Positions 25,500-38,050 of a stretch of DNA of 64,000 nt are shown here, one piece after another. The stretch's first letter is position 1; every line of letters starts with the position of its first letter. Source of the DNA: Octopus vulgaris (lineage: Eukaryota); assembly GCA_951406725.2 (NCBI GenBank), contig OX597816.1, forward strand, positions 62,000,001 to 62,064,000. The letters run 5' to 3'. The notes under the pieces are model-generated. The model saw only the letters and a program-made list of their open reading frames with translations, was not told the origin of the DNA and made no database searches. A program made the position numbers and the translations under genes.

Positions 25500-27356
25500 T
25501 ATATATGTATACATATATATATATATATCATATAATGTATTTATGTACATATGCAAATGTATGTTTGTGTATGTGATGGCGATTACCATGTTTAATGTAA
25601 CAGTATTTCTCAAAAAATGAAAGAATGCTTATGTTTCATGCGAAACTAAACAGCAATCGGTGATTTTTAGCAATTAAATTATAGTTAATTATTGAAATTC
25701 CCGCAAAATTTTAAATACTATTATATTAATGTTTACTGTAATATTTTCTCTTTACATGCTCTCACAAATTTTCTTTTGTTTTTTCATTCTCTCTTATTTT
25801 TTTCTCATTTTCCACCCCTTGTATTCGTTCCCACTAGCTCTCTTTCTCGCTCGTCTTCTCTCGCGTTTTTACTCATTCTAAATTTTACTTATTCAATCGA
25901 TAAATCACTCTCCCTTTTTCTATCTCTTACTCTCTATCACTCATTCTCTAATCCTTCTCGTCTTATTAAATTAATTCCACTCTTTCTCTTTTTCATTCTC
26001 TACACTAATATCTCACTTAATAAATTCACCAGTCTTTTACACTTACTCTATTAATCTCATTCACTATCATTTTCCTTCACTCTATCTTCCCCTCAAACCT
26101 TTCATCTCTGCCACTATTGCTTCTACGATTCCCCCTTTCTACCTCTCTTTAGTTCTCACTCGCTTTTACTTATACCCTTAACTGAACATTTTGACTCTAT
26201 CACTGTCTAGCTCTCCTACTCTCCCTCTCTCTCAATGACTCGCTCATATTCACACACTTCCTTCTTTTCTCTTACCCCCCTCTCTCTCTCTGATATTTTC
26301 GCTGTTTCTCTCTTTCTACTTCTGTTGTGTTCTCTTTATCTATTTAAAACCGAGAAATGCTATTGAAAGTTAAAAAGTGATTTTTTCTACTGAAATATAA
26401 TTCTAAATCTTCTGCGAAATACGAACATAACACTTTGCGGTCAGGTACATATGAATATATATATATATGTGAGTGTGTGTATATGTGTGTGTGTGTTTGT
26501 GTGTGTGTGTGTATTGATACCAAGTGGCGACTTTTACAAACTAAGTTGAATGATGTCATTTTCTGACAACTAAAAAATCTCGAATCGCATTCCAAAAGTC
26601 ACGAGATAAAGAAAAAGCTAAAAACCCATCAAAGACAGAAAGAAAAAAGAAAAGAAAAACACAAAGAAAATGGAAGAAATGTAGATAAGTAAAAAGTGGG
26701 TTTGTTTCAGATATTGAAGAATAAACCAAAACTGCAAGAAAAAAAGTAAATAACAAAGGCATAAAAAAAGCAAAAAAAAAAGCATAAAAACAAAAGCAAA
26801 GAAGAGGACAGACAAAAATCTGAATTGCAAGGCTGTCATAGACAATCAAACGAAGTTGTTTCGATGCATTAATCGATATGTTTCTGTCTACCTAGATACG
26901 ATATTGATTTCTTTTTGCGATTCCTTTAGGAAATTCGGAAATTTCATGCAAAGTATGAAAATATGACACAAAGAACATTTGAATGTTATGAGACGCTTCT
27001 GACAGCGAGCGTTTTCTATTTCGAAAGAATTCACTGTAATCTATTTAAGCCGAGTCCCTTCGGCACGAAACTGTCAATGGCTATTACAATGGTATTTGAT
27101 GATGATAATTCCATAATTGAAAACAGATTAAATATAGTAATTACCAAGTCTTTGCATCAACTTTTATTATTTCCGAATCCACACTTACTCAATTCACCTC
27201 CTCTGCGTGTATGAGTCTCTGCACATGTACGCGTATATGAGTGTGTGTATATACGTATATACATAGGTGTGCGCCTGTACGTGTTAGTGTGTGCAGGTGT
27301 GCATATATATGCTTATATATATGTTATGCATATATAAATATATATATACGTACACG

Positions 27357-27402
<46 letters not shown>

Positions 27403-27876
27403 CGTATTCTTTCACAACTAACAAAATGTATGGATACACACTATCTAAACAGACACCCATCCACACTACACATATACACGTAATGATTTATATTTACATA
27501 TGTATATATGCCTATACATGTAAATGTATATATATATATATATGAACACACACACACACAAACACACATATATATGTAACTATGAATGTGTGAGCGCGTG
27601 TATATATATATGTGTGTGTAATTATATGCAATTATATGATGCATGTTTATGTATATGTAGCTATCAATCTTTGCATCTCTCCCTCTATTTATAGAGATAC
27701 ACACGTATACACTCACATCCACACTCACACACGCTCCTACACAAATGCATACACGAGCAAAAAGTTTTCTATAGATAAGGTAGTTGTATTTATAATGCTG
27801 CAATCATAACGTTATATATTTGAGTCTAGTATATAAACACATACATATGCATACATATGTGTGTATATGTATATGG

Positions 27877-27945
<69 letters not shown>

Positions 27946-28559
27946 GTGATATGCATATATGTGTGTGTATGTGTGACAATGTGAGTGAACATGTCTGTAC
28001 GCTTGTCTCCTTTTGTATAGGTAGTTAAGTGTATTTTTACTCGTATATATGGCTGTGAATAACTATAGAAACTTTTATCTGTTCTATACGTATACTAATT
28101 TAGAATGAAAATTACTTTCATTATGGGCCACCTTATTATTTTTATTGCTATTGTAAGCTGAGACGCGCTTGCGTGCGTTATAAGATTTACTAAACAATGG
28201 AAACTTTAGCGTACGAATTTGGAATCTAAAATTACATCAATAGCACGATTAGGATATTGTTTGCTTTAAAGCAGGACTTTAGCAGTCACTTTTGATGGAT
28301 TAGCAACGTAAATGCTTTTCTAATGCTATTGTTCGGCTTTTCCGTGTGACATCCATTTTATAAGTGAACGGAATAAATTATAGGATTCGAAGTTACAAAT
28401 CGAATTTACCTTGCCAATACGAAGAGAATCAAAAAGAGGGTACACACGAAAAATGATCAGGTTCTAACGCATAAACCAAAACGTTCTGTATGCATGCATG
28501 CATACATATATACATACATGTATATATATATATATGTATCTATTCATACACAGAAACAC

Positions 28560-28650
<91 letters not shown>

Positions 28651-28741
28651 ATCTATTCATACACAGATACACACACGCATATATATATATATACATGTAT
28701 ATATGAGTACATGCATATAGAGAGACAAAAACAGGAAAGGG

Positions 28742-28774
<33 letters not shown>

Positions 28775-28805
28775 TACAGGACAGTATATGTATTAAATAC
28801 ATGTA

Positions 28806-28854
<49 letters not shown>

Positions 28855-29885
28855 AGGGCGGTGCATTAGTAGGTATACGGTAAGTATTGCTTCAATTTCA
28901 CGATACTTAATTCATTAAAACTAATAGCACATTGAATTAGTTAGCCTCATTTTTGATATTTTCAGTGTCATTAATCATAATAGTACATTTATCATAAATA
29001 TAATAACACTTCTATCGTAACTTTTTTTGATAAAGTTAAATGCGCGTTGTACGTGTTTTCTTTTTCTATAACAGTATACCTACTTTTGCACACACACACA
29101 CACGCACATACATACATAGAGGACAGTATATTTATACATGAATATACATAAATGCATGTATTAATATATACGTCCTTCTAAATAAAGATTTAGAAATCAT
29201 TTCAGATTGAAAATCTAATAAAGATATTAATCAATATATTATAGGACACACGAGTGTGAATGAATGTACATAAATGACAGTGCAGGGCATCAATGTGAGA
29301 GATTACTCGCATGTGTATTCAGCAACAAATGGTTTTAAAGGTCTATTTATATAGTCATAGATGAACACGTGTTTACGTAATTATAAGCTGCACATCTCTT
29401 ATCCAGGCTCCACTGCACACGCGAAGTCATACATTTTTTTTTCATAGCCACATATTGTCACAAGCGAGCACATAATTTCGTGTAGCAGCTACTTTATTAT
29501 TTTAGAAGATGTCGTAAAATATTAAATCTAGTCACGTATACATACAATACACATCTGCGCATACACATATACAGGCACATACTTACACGTACGTACACAA
29601 GCATATATAAAGACATTTAGTTGTATTGTAAACTATATCGTGAATATTAAAAGGATCAGGAAAAATAAGAAAATGAAGCAAAATGAAAAAGAACAAAAAA
29701 AAAATCAGGTTTAAGATACGAAAACGAATGAAATGCATGAAAAATGACAAAACATGCACGTGTGCGTTTGTATAAGTATTGAAGACCCTGAGATTTTCTA
29801 ATGGAGTGGATAGATATATAGATTAATAGATTGACGGATAGTTAGATAGATGGATTGCTAGCTAGGTAGATGGATAGATAACAGA

Positions 29886-30039
29886 TGTGGCTGTGTGGTA
29901 ATATTTGTTTCCCAGCCACATGGTTTCGGGTTCTGTCTCACTGCATGTCACTTTGGACTACAGTCTTCTCTTATATCCGCGGGCCAAATAATGCCTTTTG
30001 AGTGGATTTGCTCGACGAAACACTGAAACAAGCCCGTCT

Positions 30040-30040
<1 letters not shown>
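29886..30040 (+). mobile_element. SINE family A, degenerate 5' half
   Basis: gtggctgtgtggtaa...ccacatggtttcgggttctgtc...agtggatttg...ctgaaacaagcccgtc. Confidence 0.75.
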
Positions 30041-30078
<38 letters not shown>

Positions 30079-30083
<5 letters not shown>

Positions 30084-30362
30084 AAAAAAAGGTTTGAAAA
30101 TGCAATTTAAACGATGTTTATTTAATTAACCGGTTTCACTCTTTGGTAAAAGATTGTCAAAAGTAACATTTAAGGAAACATTGAATAATATGGGTTCAAA
30201 AAAAGTTTTTTTACATAATTGTCACATTGGATATTATGAATTCAAAAATGTTTTTTTATACATAATTGTCACATTACATGTATAAATATAGTGTTTGGTA
30301 ACAGAGAAGTTCAATAGTGTGATGAGAATATTTGACGTGTGTATGTATTTACATGTGTATTT

Positions 30363-30426
<64 letters not shown>

Positions 30427-31173
30427 TGTGTGTGTATATGCATGGTATGTGTGTATATGTTAGTACTTTGTTTGTGTGTGTGTGCGGTATGTAGAGATAT
30501 ATTTGAGTGTGTACGCTATAGGTTTGTATTTTGTGTGTGTGGGGGTGTGTGTGTGTGAATTTTTATATATATATATATATGTGTGTGTATGTGTGTGAAA
30601 AAATATATGTATGTGCATGTATGTATGTATGTATGTGTGTATATATATATATATGTATATATATATGTGTGTGTGTATGTGTGTGTGTATATTTATTTGC
30701 ATGCGCATTGTGTATATGTATATTGTATGTATGTGTATTGTATATGTATGTGTACAATTAAGTGTATATATGTGTGTGTATGTGTGCATTGTATATATGT
30801 ATATTGTAGGTGTGCTATATATGCATGAATACATGTATATGCATTGCGTGTATATATATGTATGCATTGTGTATGTATGTTATGTGTGTGTGTGTATATA
30901 TATATTATATGTATGCGTACGTGTATGTGTATGCATTGTATGTATGTGTATTGTGTGTATATGTGGTACATCTATGTATGTGTATGTAAACACTATTTAT
31001 ATGTATATATGTATATATGTATATATATATTATATGTATGTATTGCGTATGTATATTGCATGCATATATTGTGTATGTGTATTATTTACATGCTGTATGT
31101 GTGTATTGTATGTGTATATATATGCTAGGTGTATTTGTGTGATATTTATATTATGTATGTATGTGTGCGTGTG

Positions 31174-31210
<37 letters not shown>

Positions 31211-32092
31211 GTGTGTGTGTATGTGTGTTATATATCTGTGTATATTGTATATAGATACATGTTATATTTGTGTGCTGTGTGTATATGTGATATATGTGGG
31301 TGCGTTGTGTGTGGGTGTGTGTGTTCTGTGTGTGTGTGTGTTGTTTGTATGTGGTGTGTGTTTGTATACTATGTGTGTGTGTGTGTGTGTTGTTGTTGTG
31401 TGTGTGTGTGTGTATATATATGTGTGTGACAAACAGACGCTATCTGACCAGCAGGCACGGACACATCTATTCACACCCGCATACTAACCTCCTGATAACC
31501 CCAAATCATTCATGCATAAAGGGGAAGTATACACCACATTGGCCACTTCTTCTTTTCTCTCAGTTCAGCCTTTCTGCTAATACCGACAGGTCAGTAAAAA
31601 CATATTCTCGCCTTGAACTTAAAATATTCTGAGATGTATAAAAAATCCATTTTAATTTTTGCTGTCAAAAGGCTGTATATATATACCAAAGACTGTATAT
31701 ATATACATGTAATGTGACAATTTGCGACAACCAATAATTAACGCAACCAATTCCCAATAATATATTTGTTTTATCCTTTTCTGCCAAATTTTCCCAAATA
31801 TTCTCATCACACTATTGAACTTCTCTGTTACCAAACACTATATTTATACATGTAATGTGACAATTATGTATAAAAAAACATTTTTGAATTCATAATATCC
31901 AATGTGACAATTATGTAAAAAACTTTTTTGAATGCATAATATTCAATGTGACAATTATGTAAAAAACTTTTTTGAACCCATATTATTCAATGTTTCCTTA
32001 AATGTTACTTTTGACAATCTTTTACCAAAGAGTGAAACCGGTTAAGTAAATAAACATCGTTTAAATTGCATTTTCAAACCTTTTTTCTTATA
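30079..32092. mobile_element. 2-kb fold-back: near-identical inverted arms (30079-30334 / 31795-32092), each with a U3:A8 HHR-like motif
   Basis: The arms are reverse complements apart from one extra internal repeat unit on the right. 32005-32049 reads TTACTT-TTGACAA-TCTTT tacc AAAGA gt-GAAA-CCGG-TT-AAGTAA. (TA)n tracts flank both sides. Confidence 0.8.
30340..31427. repeat. Degenerate (TG/TA)n low-complexity tract
   Basis: Directly visible; source of the Cys/Val/Tyr-rich ORFs. Confidence 0.95.
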
Positions 32093-32125
32093 TAATCCCA
32101 CTCGTGCGATACCCCACAACTCAAA

Positions 32126-32204
<79 letters not shown>

Positions 32205-32729
32205 AGACGCGTGTTATTTGTCTCCAAATTATATGTCAATTGTTAAGGCACGGTTACTGATGAGGATTTACATAGCAAATTATTTTATTTGCTAAAATAA
32301 TCTGAAACCTAGGTATGACCGTAAAAAGTAATATTTTTCATCCCTTTCGAAAATTTCTCTTAAAATGTAGTTTTGGTCGTTTGACTGTTTCTTCTAGCGT
32401 GAAAAATTACCTATTAAAAGAATATTTTTCATGTGTTTAAACGTACGCTATTTCACAGACACACACACATACGTGTGTGTGTGTGTACACACATGCATAT
32501 ATGGGCATAGGACGTCACCAACAGTACAAATAACCTGAAATAAGTAAACAACGAGAAAAAATGCAAAACAAAGAACAAGTTAAAAACAGAGAAAGGACCC
32601 TTTATCAGTTGTCGGCTGTCTATCTACTCCTCATTTGGAGCATTAGATTATGTAGATAGTTAGATAGATAGATATGCATGTGCCTGTGTAGTGTATATAT
32701 ATATATATATATTTATATATACACATACA

Positions 32730-33360
32730 CACAATTATCACTAAGGGGAATAAGGGTGCAAATCAGCACCAGCATTGCTAGAAATAAAAGTCAAGATACT
32801 CTTAGCAACGGGCAAAACACTTCTCTATTGATTGACAAGGAAGACCACCTTCCTGCAGCAAGCGAGTGTGTCTGTCACTTCATCGATGATCCCAGATTGA
32901 ACTAAGTCTCATCAATGACATTTCATTGCCTAAATTTAAATTGTAGTCGCTTTGTCTGTTTATAGAAAATACTATAGGAATCAGCGGCTGATTCGGTAAA
33001 ATGGTAAAGTAAAAATTATAAATTATTAAGATGGCTTGTCGCAATTAAAAACCCAAACGGCATAAGTACAGTCTTCACTAAAATGCCTAAGGGTGCAAAT
33101 CAGCACAAGAATTCCTAGCAATAAAAGTCGAAACAACTCATAGTCATGGGTAAAGCACTTATCTATTGATTGACAAGGGAGACAACCTCCCTACAGCAAG
33201 CGAAGGTGCCATATCATCGTTGATTTCGGATTTAATTAATCCTCATCTGTGACACTTACTCCGTGGCTAAGAGTTGTTTTGACACTTCTAGCAATGCTGG
33301 GGCCGACTTGCACACTTAATCACTTTAGTGACAATTGTACTTGTGACTTTTGGTTTTTAA
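32730..33360. mobile_element. MITE-like element (33045-33360, long imperfect TIRs) preceded by a partial direct copy (32730-32925)
   Basis: cactaa...taagggtgcaaatcagcac...ctagaaataaaagtc occurs at 32740 and 33076 and inverted at 33265-33360. Confidence 0.7.
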
Positions 33361-33669
33361 AAACGGATTGAACATGCTTTTACGAGGCGAGCAACAGTTT
33401 AGCCCCTGGGAACAAGACCCATTGAGGATATCTAAGAGGAATATCTGAGAACGAAATCACGTGAATTGGATATATCTGCGTTCTCATTTGCGATTGTCCA
33501 TCGCCTTGGTATGTTGGCTATTCTTTTTCGCTTTCCCGATTTCGTCAGATTCTTTTGTATATATATATATATATATGGAGAATTCACAGAAAAAAAAACG
33601 CCCCAAAATAAAGCGCTTCTTATGCTTCTTTTATTTTTCAAAATTAAGGTAAAGTTCTTTTTTAATCTG

Positions 33670-33950
33670 AAATATACTTTCCTAAATTTTCTACAATGCT
33701 CTTCCATCTATCTAGTAGACTTGCAAGGCCCCTCTTCCAAAATTCACTTTCCGTGACGAAAAATACTCCTCTAGTACTATTCTGACCTCGTATCACAAAA
33801 CTAAAGCTTCTCTGTTAGTTCCTCAACAGTCACGATGGGATTTTTTGCACCAGGCTTTGCATGACCTCCCCGTCGAGCTCTACAGATCTTCCAGGACGAG
33901 GCTCGTCTTCTAGACTTTAGTTTCCGGCTTGAAATTTCTGGAACTACAGT
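33670..33950 (-). pseudogene. Mariner transposase remnant
   Basis: Minus strand FQKFQAGN*SLEDEPRPGRSVELD...TVEELTEKL is joined to the C-terminal FWKRGLASLLDRWKSIVENLGKYI. Confidence 0.8.
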
Positions 33951-33979
33951 TGACATTGGCTTATGCTCATATATAAAGT

Positions 33980-34623
33980 AAATGTTTTTATTTTTCATTC
34001 CCTTCGAAATTACCCTTAACCATGGTTTGGATTTTGACTGGCACTTCTAGCATGTTAGGTGTCCTATCAGGGCACCTCTTATGTGTTTAAATGTACACTA
34101 ATTTTATATGAATGATATATAGTCTGTTGACGATTTTCTGCATACTAGGCCACTGGTAGAAAAATTTTTATAATTTTCCTACCTATATATTTTTCTTAAT
34201 ATGATTTTAGTAATGTTGAAGTAAATCAACATTTTTATTTGCTGCCGACTAAAACTGCGCTTGCACGGTGGATTTGAAAAATTATAATATATAAAGATGA
34301 GACATGGGCTATTTTCTCTCATAATTATATGTTAATCTTTGGCGTACCGGGTGATGAGAACTTCGCCTGAAGTTCGAAACCATGGTCCGGTAACAAAATA
34401 TGGTAAATGTTTTTATTTTTCATTCCCTTCGAAATTACCCCTGATCATGGTTTGGATTTTGACTCGTTCTTTTAGCATTTTAGGTGTCCTGTCAGGACAC
34501 CTCTTATGTGTTTACATGTACAGTAATTTTATATGAATAATATTTAGTCTATTGACTATTTTCTGCATGCTAGACCACTGGTAGAAACATTTCTATAATT
34601 TCCCAATCCTGTATATTTTTCCT
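33980..34623. repeat. About 220-bp diverged direct repeat (33980-34197 / 34405-34623)
   Basis: aaatgtttttatttttcattcccttcgaaattaccc...ccactggtagaaa is present twice. Confidence 0.9.
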
Positions 34624-34645
34624 TGTATAAATATATATATTTCAA

Positions 34646-34694
34646 CAAAACTGTCCGACGAACGGGAACGTGAAACTCTGAGTAACAGATTTTG
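34646..34694 (+). ncRNA. Minimal type-I hammerhead-ribozyme-like motif (C4 variant)
   Basis: CTGT-CCGACGA-ACG ggaa CGT-GAAA-CTC t GAG-TA-ACAG: all three helices pair, with predicted GUA cleavage after 34684. Confidence 0.75.
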
Positions 34695-34721
34695 TTATAT
34701 TTCTGCTGCTTTTAAATAAAG

Positions 34722-34744
<23 letters not shown>

Positions 34745-34752
<8 letters not shown>

Positions 34753-35205
34753 AAAGGGCTTAGTAAAATAAATTACTTCGCCGCATACTGAACTCATTAG
34801 AAATAGCAGCTAAAAAACTTTTTTAAAACTATTTCTAATACTTAAAGAAAATCTCTCTCATATATAGTGTTTGCTTAATTCAACTCACAAAAGTTTGGGG
34901 GTAAGGACATCAAAAAATCAAATGCTAAGGTTATTTGAGTACGTACGTTTCAAGGAATTTCTGAGCTGAAGATAGAAATGTTGTTTTGACTAATCTTGAA
35001 ACGTACGTACTCAAATAACCTTAGCATTTGATTTTTTGATGTCCTTACCCCCAAACTTTTGTGAGTTGAATTAAGCAAACACTATATATGAGAGAGATTT
35101 TCTTTAAGTATTAGAAATAGTTTTAAAAAAGTTTTTTAGCTGCTATTTCTAATGAGTTCAGTATGCGGCGAAAGTAATTTATTTTACTAAGCCCTTTTAT
35201 ATAAT
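34745..35205. mobile_element. Fold-back with about 210-bp near-perfect arms (34745-34954 / 34995-35205) and an HHR motif across the spacer (34962-35013, +)
   Basis: The arms differ by about 1 indel. TGAG-CTGAAGA...GAAA-CGTACG-TA-CTCA has a canonical core and palindromic helix III; helix II is weak in this copy. Confidence 0.85.
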
Positions 35206-35298
35206 GTAATAATTTGAATTCGCCTTAAATGGTCCCTTTGCATACTGAACACTTGGTGAAATTGATTAATAATTAATTAATTTTACCCTCAATTGTTG

Positions 35299-35355
<57 letters not shown>

Positions 35356-35359
<4 letters not shown>

Positions 35360-36420
35360 ATATAGGATAAAATTTTTTTCGGGAAAAAATTTTTTATCAA
35401 TGGCCAGCATATCAAAAAATGCCTTTAAAGGTAAAATTTATACATAATTTACAAGATAAGGGCAGAAGAGAAATTCTAATGCCAGATACACCAAGTCCCG
35501 AGCAGACTTAAGTACCCCAAATATATCCAAAATAGAAAAATCTTCGGCGCACCTCGAGACACGTGTGTTTCGAACTAGAAACTTTCACAGAATCATAGAA
35601 TCCGGAAGTGCACACTAATCTATTTATAATTGATATAGGATAAAAATTTTTTCGGGAGAAAAATTTTATCATTGGCCAGCATATCAAAAAATGCCTTTAA
35701 GGGTAAAATTTATACATAATTTACAAGATAAGGGCAGAAGAAAAATTCTAATGCCAGATACGCCAAAACAAAAAATTGTCGATAGAGGGGAAAATTTCTT
35801 GTGAATTAACCCCGAAATTGGACCAATACGGTAATAACGAAATTTTTTTAGAGATTTCTATCAGTTTGTTTCGGGACGCATAAATTTAATGGTTATCGAC
35901 AATTTTTTATATCGGCGTATCTGGCATTATAATTTTCTTCTGCCCTTAACTTGTAAATTATGTATAAATTTTACCTTTAAAGGCATTTTTTGATATGCTG
36001 GCCATTGATAAAAAAATATTTTCCCGAAAAAAATTTTATCCTATATCAATTATAAATAGATTAGTGTTCACTTCCGGATTCTATCACTCTGTGAAAGTTT
36101 CTAGTTCGAATCATACGTGTCTCGAGGTGCGCCGAAGATTTTTCTATTTTGGATATATTTGGGGTACTTAAGTCTGCTCGGGACTTGGTGCTTGCTTCTT
36201 CCGAGGGTATGAATAAGTATTTCATTGATATCTCGCGTATGTGCCGCTGGAGAGGGGAAAATTTCTTGTGAATTAACCCCGAAATTGGACCAATACAGTA
36301 ATAACGAATTTTTTAGAAATTTCTATCGGTTTGTTTCGAGACGCATAAATTTAATGGTTATCGACAATTTTTTGTTTCGGCGTATCTGGCATTAGAATTT
36401 TTCTTCTGCCCTTATCTTGT
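35356..36420. mobile_element. Tandem-plus-inverted repeat array (about 467-bp unit) with an HHR-like motif at the unit junction
   Basis: 35784-36250 is followed by a partial direct copy at 36251-36420. 35489-35784 is the inverse of 35894-36190. 36242-36300 reads TGCCG-CTGGAGA-GGGG...CCCC-GAAA-TTGG a CCAA-TA-CAGTA. (TA)n lies on both sides. Confidence 0.85.
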
Positions 36421-36449
36421 ATATATATATATATATATATATATTTATA

Positions 36450-36640
36450 GTTGAAATTTATAGAACAACAAAAGACAAAGACAGATGTATAAATAACAAG
36501 CAGGTGTATTAGTTTGACGCTCGAGTATGTGAGAAAGACTTTTACGTTTCGAGCCTATCCTTTTTCAACAGATAGGGACACGATGAAATAAACAGAGTGA
36601 ATAAAAAAACTTGTGGATTTAGTGGTCAATCATGGCGACT
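36450..36640 (-). mobile_element. Second, more degenerate copy of the 18060-18252 HHR-bearing repeat
   Basis: caaaagac...gtattagtttgacgctc...cttttacgtttcgagccta...tcaacaga. Confidence 0.7.
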
Positions 36641-36647
36641 CGTGTAA

Positions 36648-36690
<43 letters not shown>

Positions 36691-36748
36691 CACAGGCAGG
36701 CACGTATACATTTGTATATAAATATATGTTTATATATTTTTGTATTTG

Positions 36749-37012
36749 GTTTGCATTTGGTGTGAATTCGTGTGTTGGACCATGTTTTATTGTGTCTGGG
36801 GAGAATCATTCTCTTTTAGCGCCTTATTACTTATTACTAATAACCTGAGGTATTTGCAAGATGCAACGAAAGTTTTAGAAAAATAAGTAAGCAAATGAGC
36901 AGAAATCGCACCGGTGTGTGTGTTAAGTAATAAGACCCTAAAAGAGAATGACTCACCCCAGACTCAATAGTATACAAACATATGCACATAAGTTAGCACA
37001 TAAATGCAAAAC
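36749..37012. repeat. Degenerate fold-back (core arms 36791-36833 / 36923-36965)
   Basis: tgtgtctggggagaatcattctcttttagcgccttattactta versus taagtaataagaccctaaaagagaatgactcaccccagactca. Confidence 0.7.
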
Positions 37013-37056
37013 GAGGTGGAAAAAACAGTACTCGAATACTAAAGGTAGAGTAATAT

Positions 37057-37208
37057 GCTTTTATTAAAGCTGCAAAATTATCACAACATTATTTCTCAGA
37101 GTTTTACTTTCCCGTTCTTGGGACAGTTGTCATTATAAATGTCCGACGAACGGGAAATATAAGCACTGAGTAACAACGTTGTGAAAATTTCCTAGTTTTA
37201 ATAAAAGT
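37057..37208. repeat. Inverted pair of degenerate copies of the 34651 HHR family
   Basis: ctcagagttttactttcccgttcttgggaca (minus) faces tgtccgacgaacgggaaatataagcactgagtaaca (plus). Confidence 0.7.
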
Positions 37209-37229
37209 GTGTATATATAAATACATATA

Positions 37230-38050
37230 CGATGGGGAACTCAAAAGAAACCAGAATTTTGCAATATTATTTTTACTCTCTTAGTTTTACATGTTTACGC
37301 TTTTACCGATTTCCAAGTGTTTTCCATTTGATGCAATGCGTTGGTCCAGAAGCGTTTTCCCTTATTCGAAGCAGTGCTGGAACTCTTGCGAAATGATGCT
37401 TTTTTACGCCTCTGTCGCTTTTTTCTTCCCCTCTTCCACATTTTCAAATTCCGTACCACAAGCTTTCATCAACAGCGATAACCTTCGAATGAGGGTCGGA
37501 ATCAACTTCAAACTGTTCTCTCAGGTCACGACATGCAGTCATTCGTGACTGCTTTTGATCTTTCGAGAACAAACGAGAAACAAGTTTTGCTGTAACTCTT
37601 TTTCGTTCGCAATTCCTCGCTCAAAATTCATTGGCAGGCGCTCCAGGACACACCACTCATCTCAACTTATTCGTCAATTGTTCGGTGACGGTCATCCAAG
37701 ATCACTTCATGAATTTTCATGTTGTTTTCATACGTTCGGGAGGTCGATGGATGTCTTGAACGAGCGACAGGTGACCATTTCCAAAGCGTGAAAGACACTC
37801 GTAAACTTGTGCTTTTCTCACGGCAGCGTTCTTGTAAGCCGTTTTCCCCAGCATAAAACAAAATTTCATGCAGGCACGCTATTTCTTCATTTTAACCATT
37901 GAAAAAATCGACAAACAGAGGAGAGGTACTGCAAAACAAAGACGCACCACGTGGCAGCATAATCTCACACGCTGAAGCCAATCGGCAGACTAATGCCTGA
38001 AAGGTATGTCCCACAGAGAACGTTTCCGGTTACTTTTGGGTACCTCTTCG
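37230..38050 (-). mobile_element. Internally deleted mariner transposon
   Basis: TA-flanked imperfect TIRs (cgatggggaactcaaaagaaaccagaa / ttccggttacttttgggtacctcttcg). The minus-strand RSRHPSTSRTYENNMKIHEVILDDRHRTIDE resembles the mariner RSGRP..DRR.T segment. Confidence 0.85.

Noticed and set aside
33076-33330. CACTA...TAGTG ends suggesting an EnSpm/CACTA transposon
   Set aside because: The inverted similarity continues about 30 bp outside these motifs, so they are internal.
36841-36924. HHR in the spacer of the 36749-37012 fold-back (ctgaggta...gcagaaatcgcaccggtgtg)
   Set aside because: The topology is suggestive but the core and cleavage triplet are too degenerate to count.
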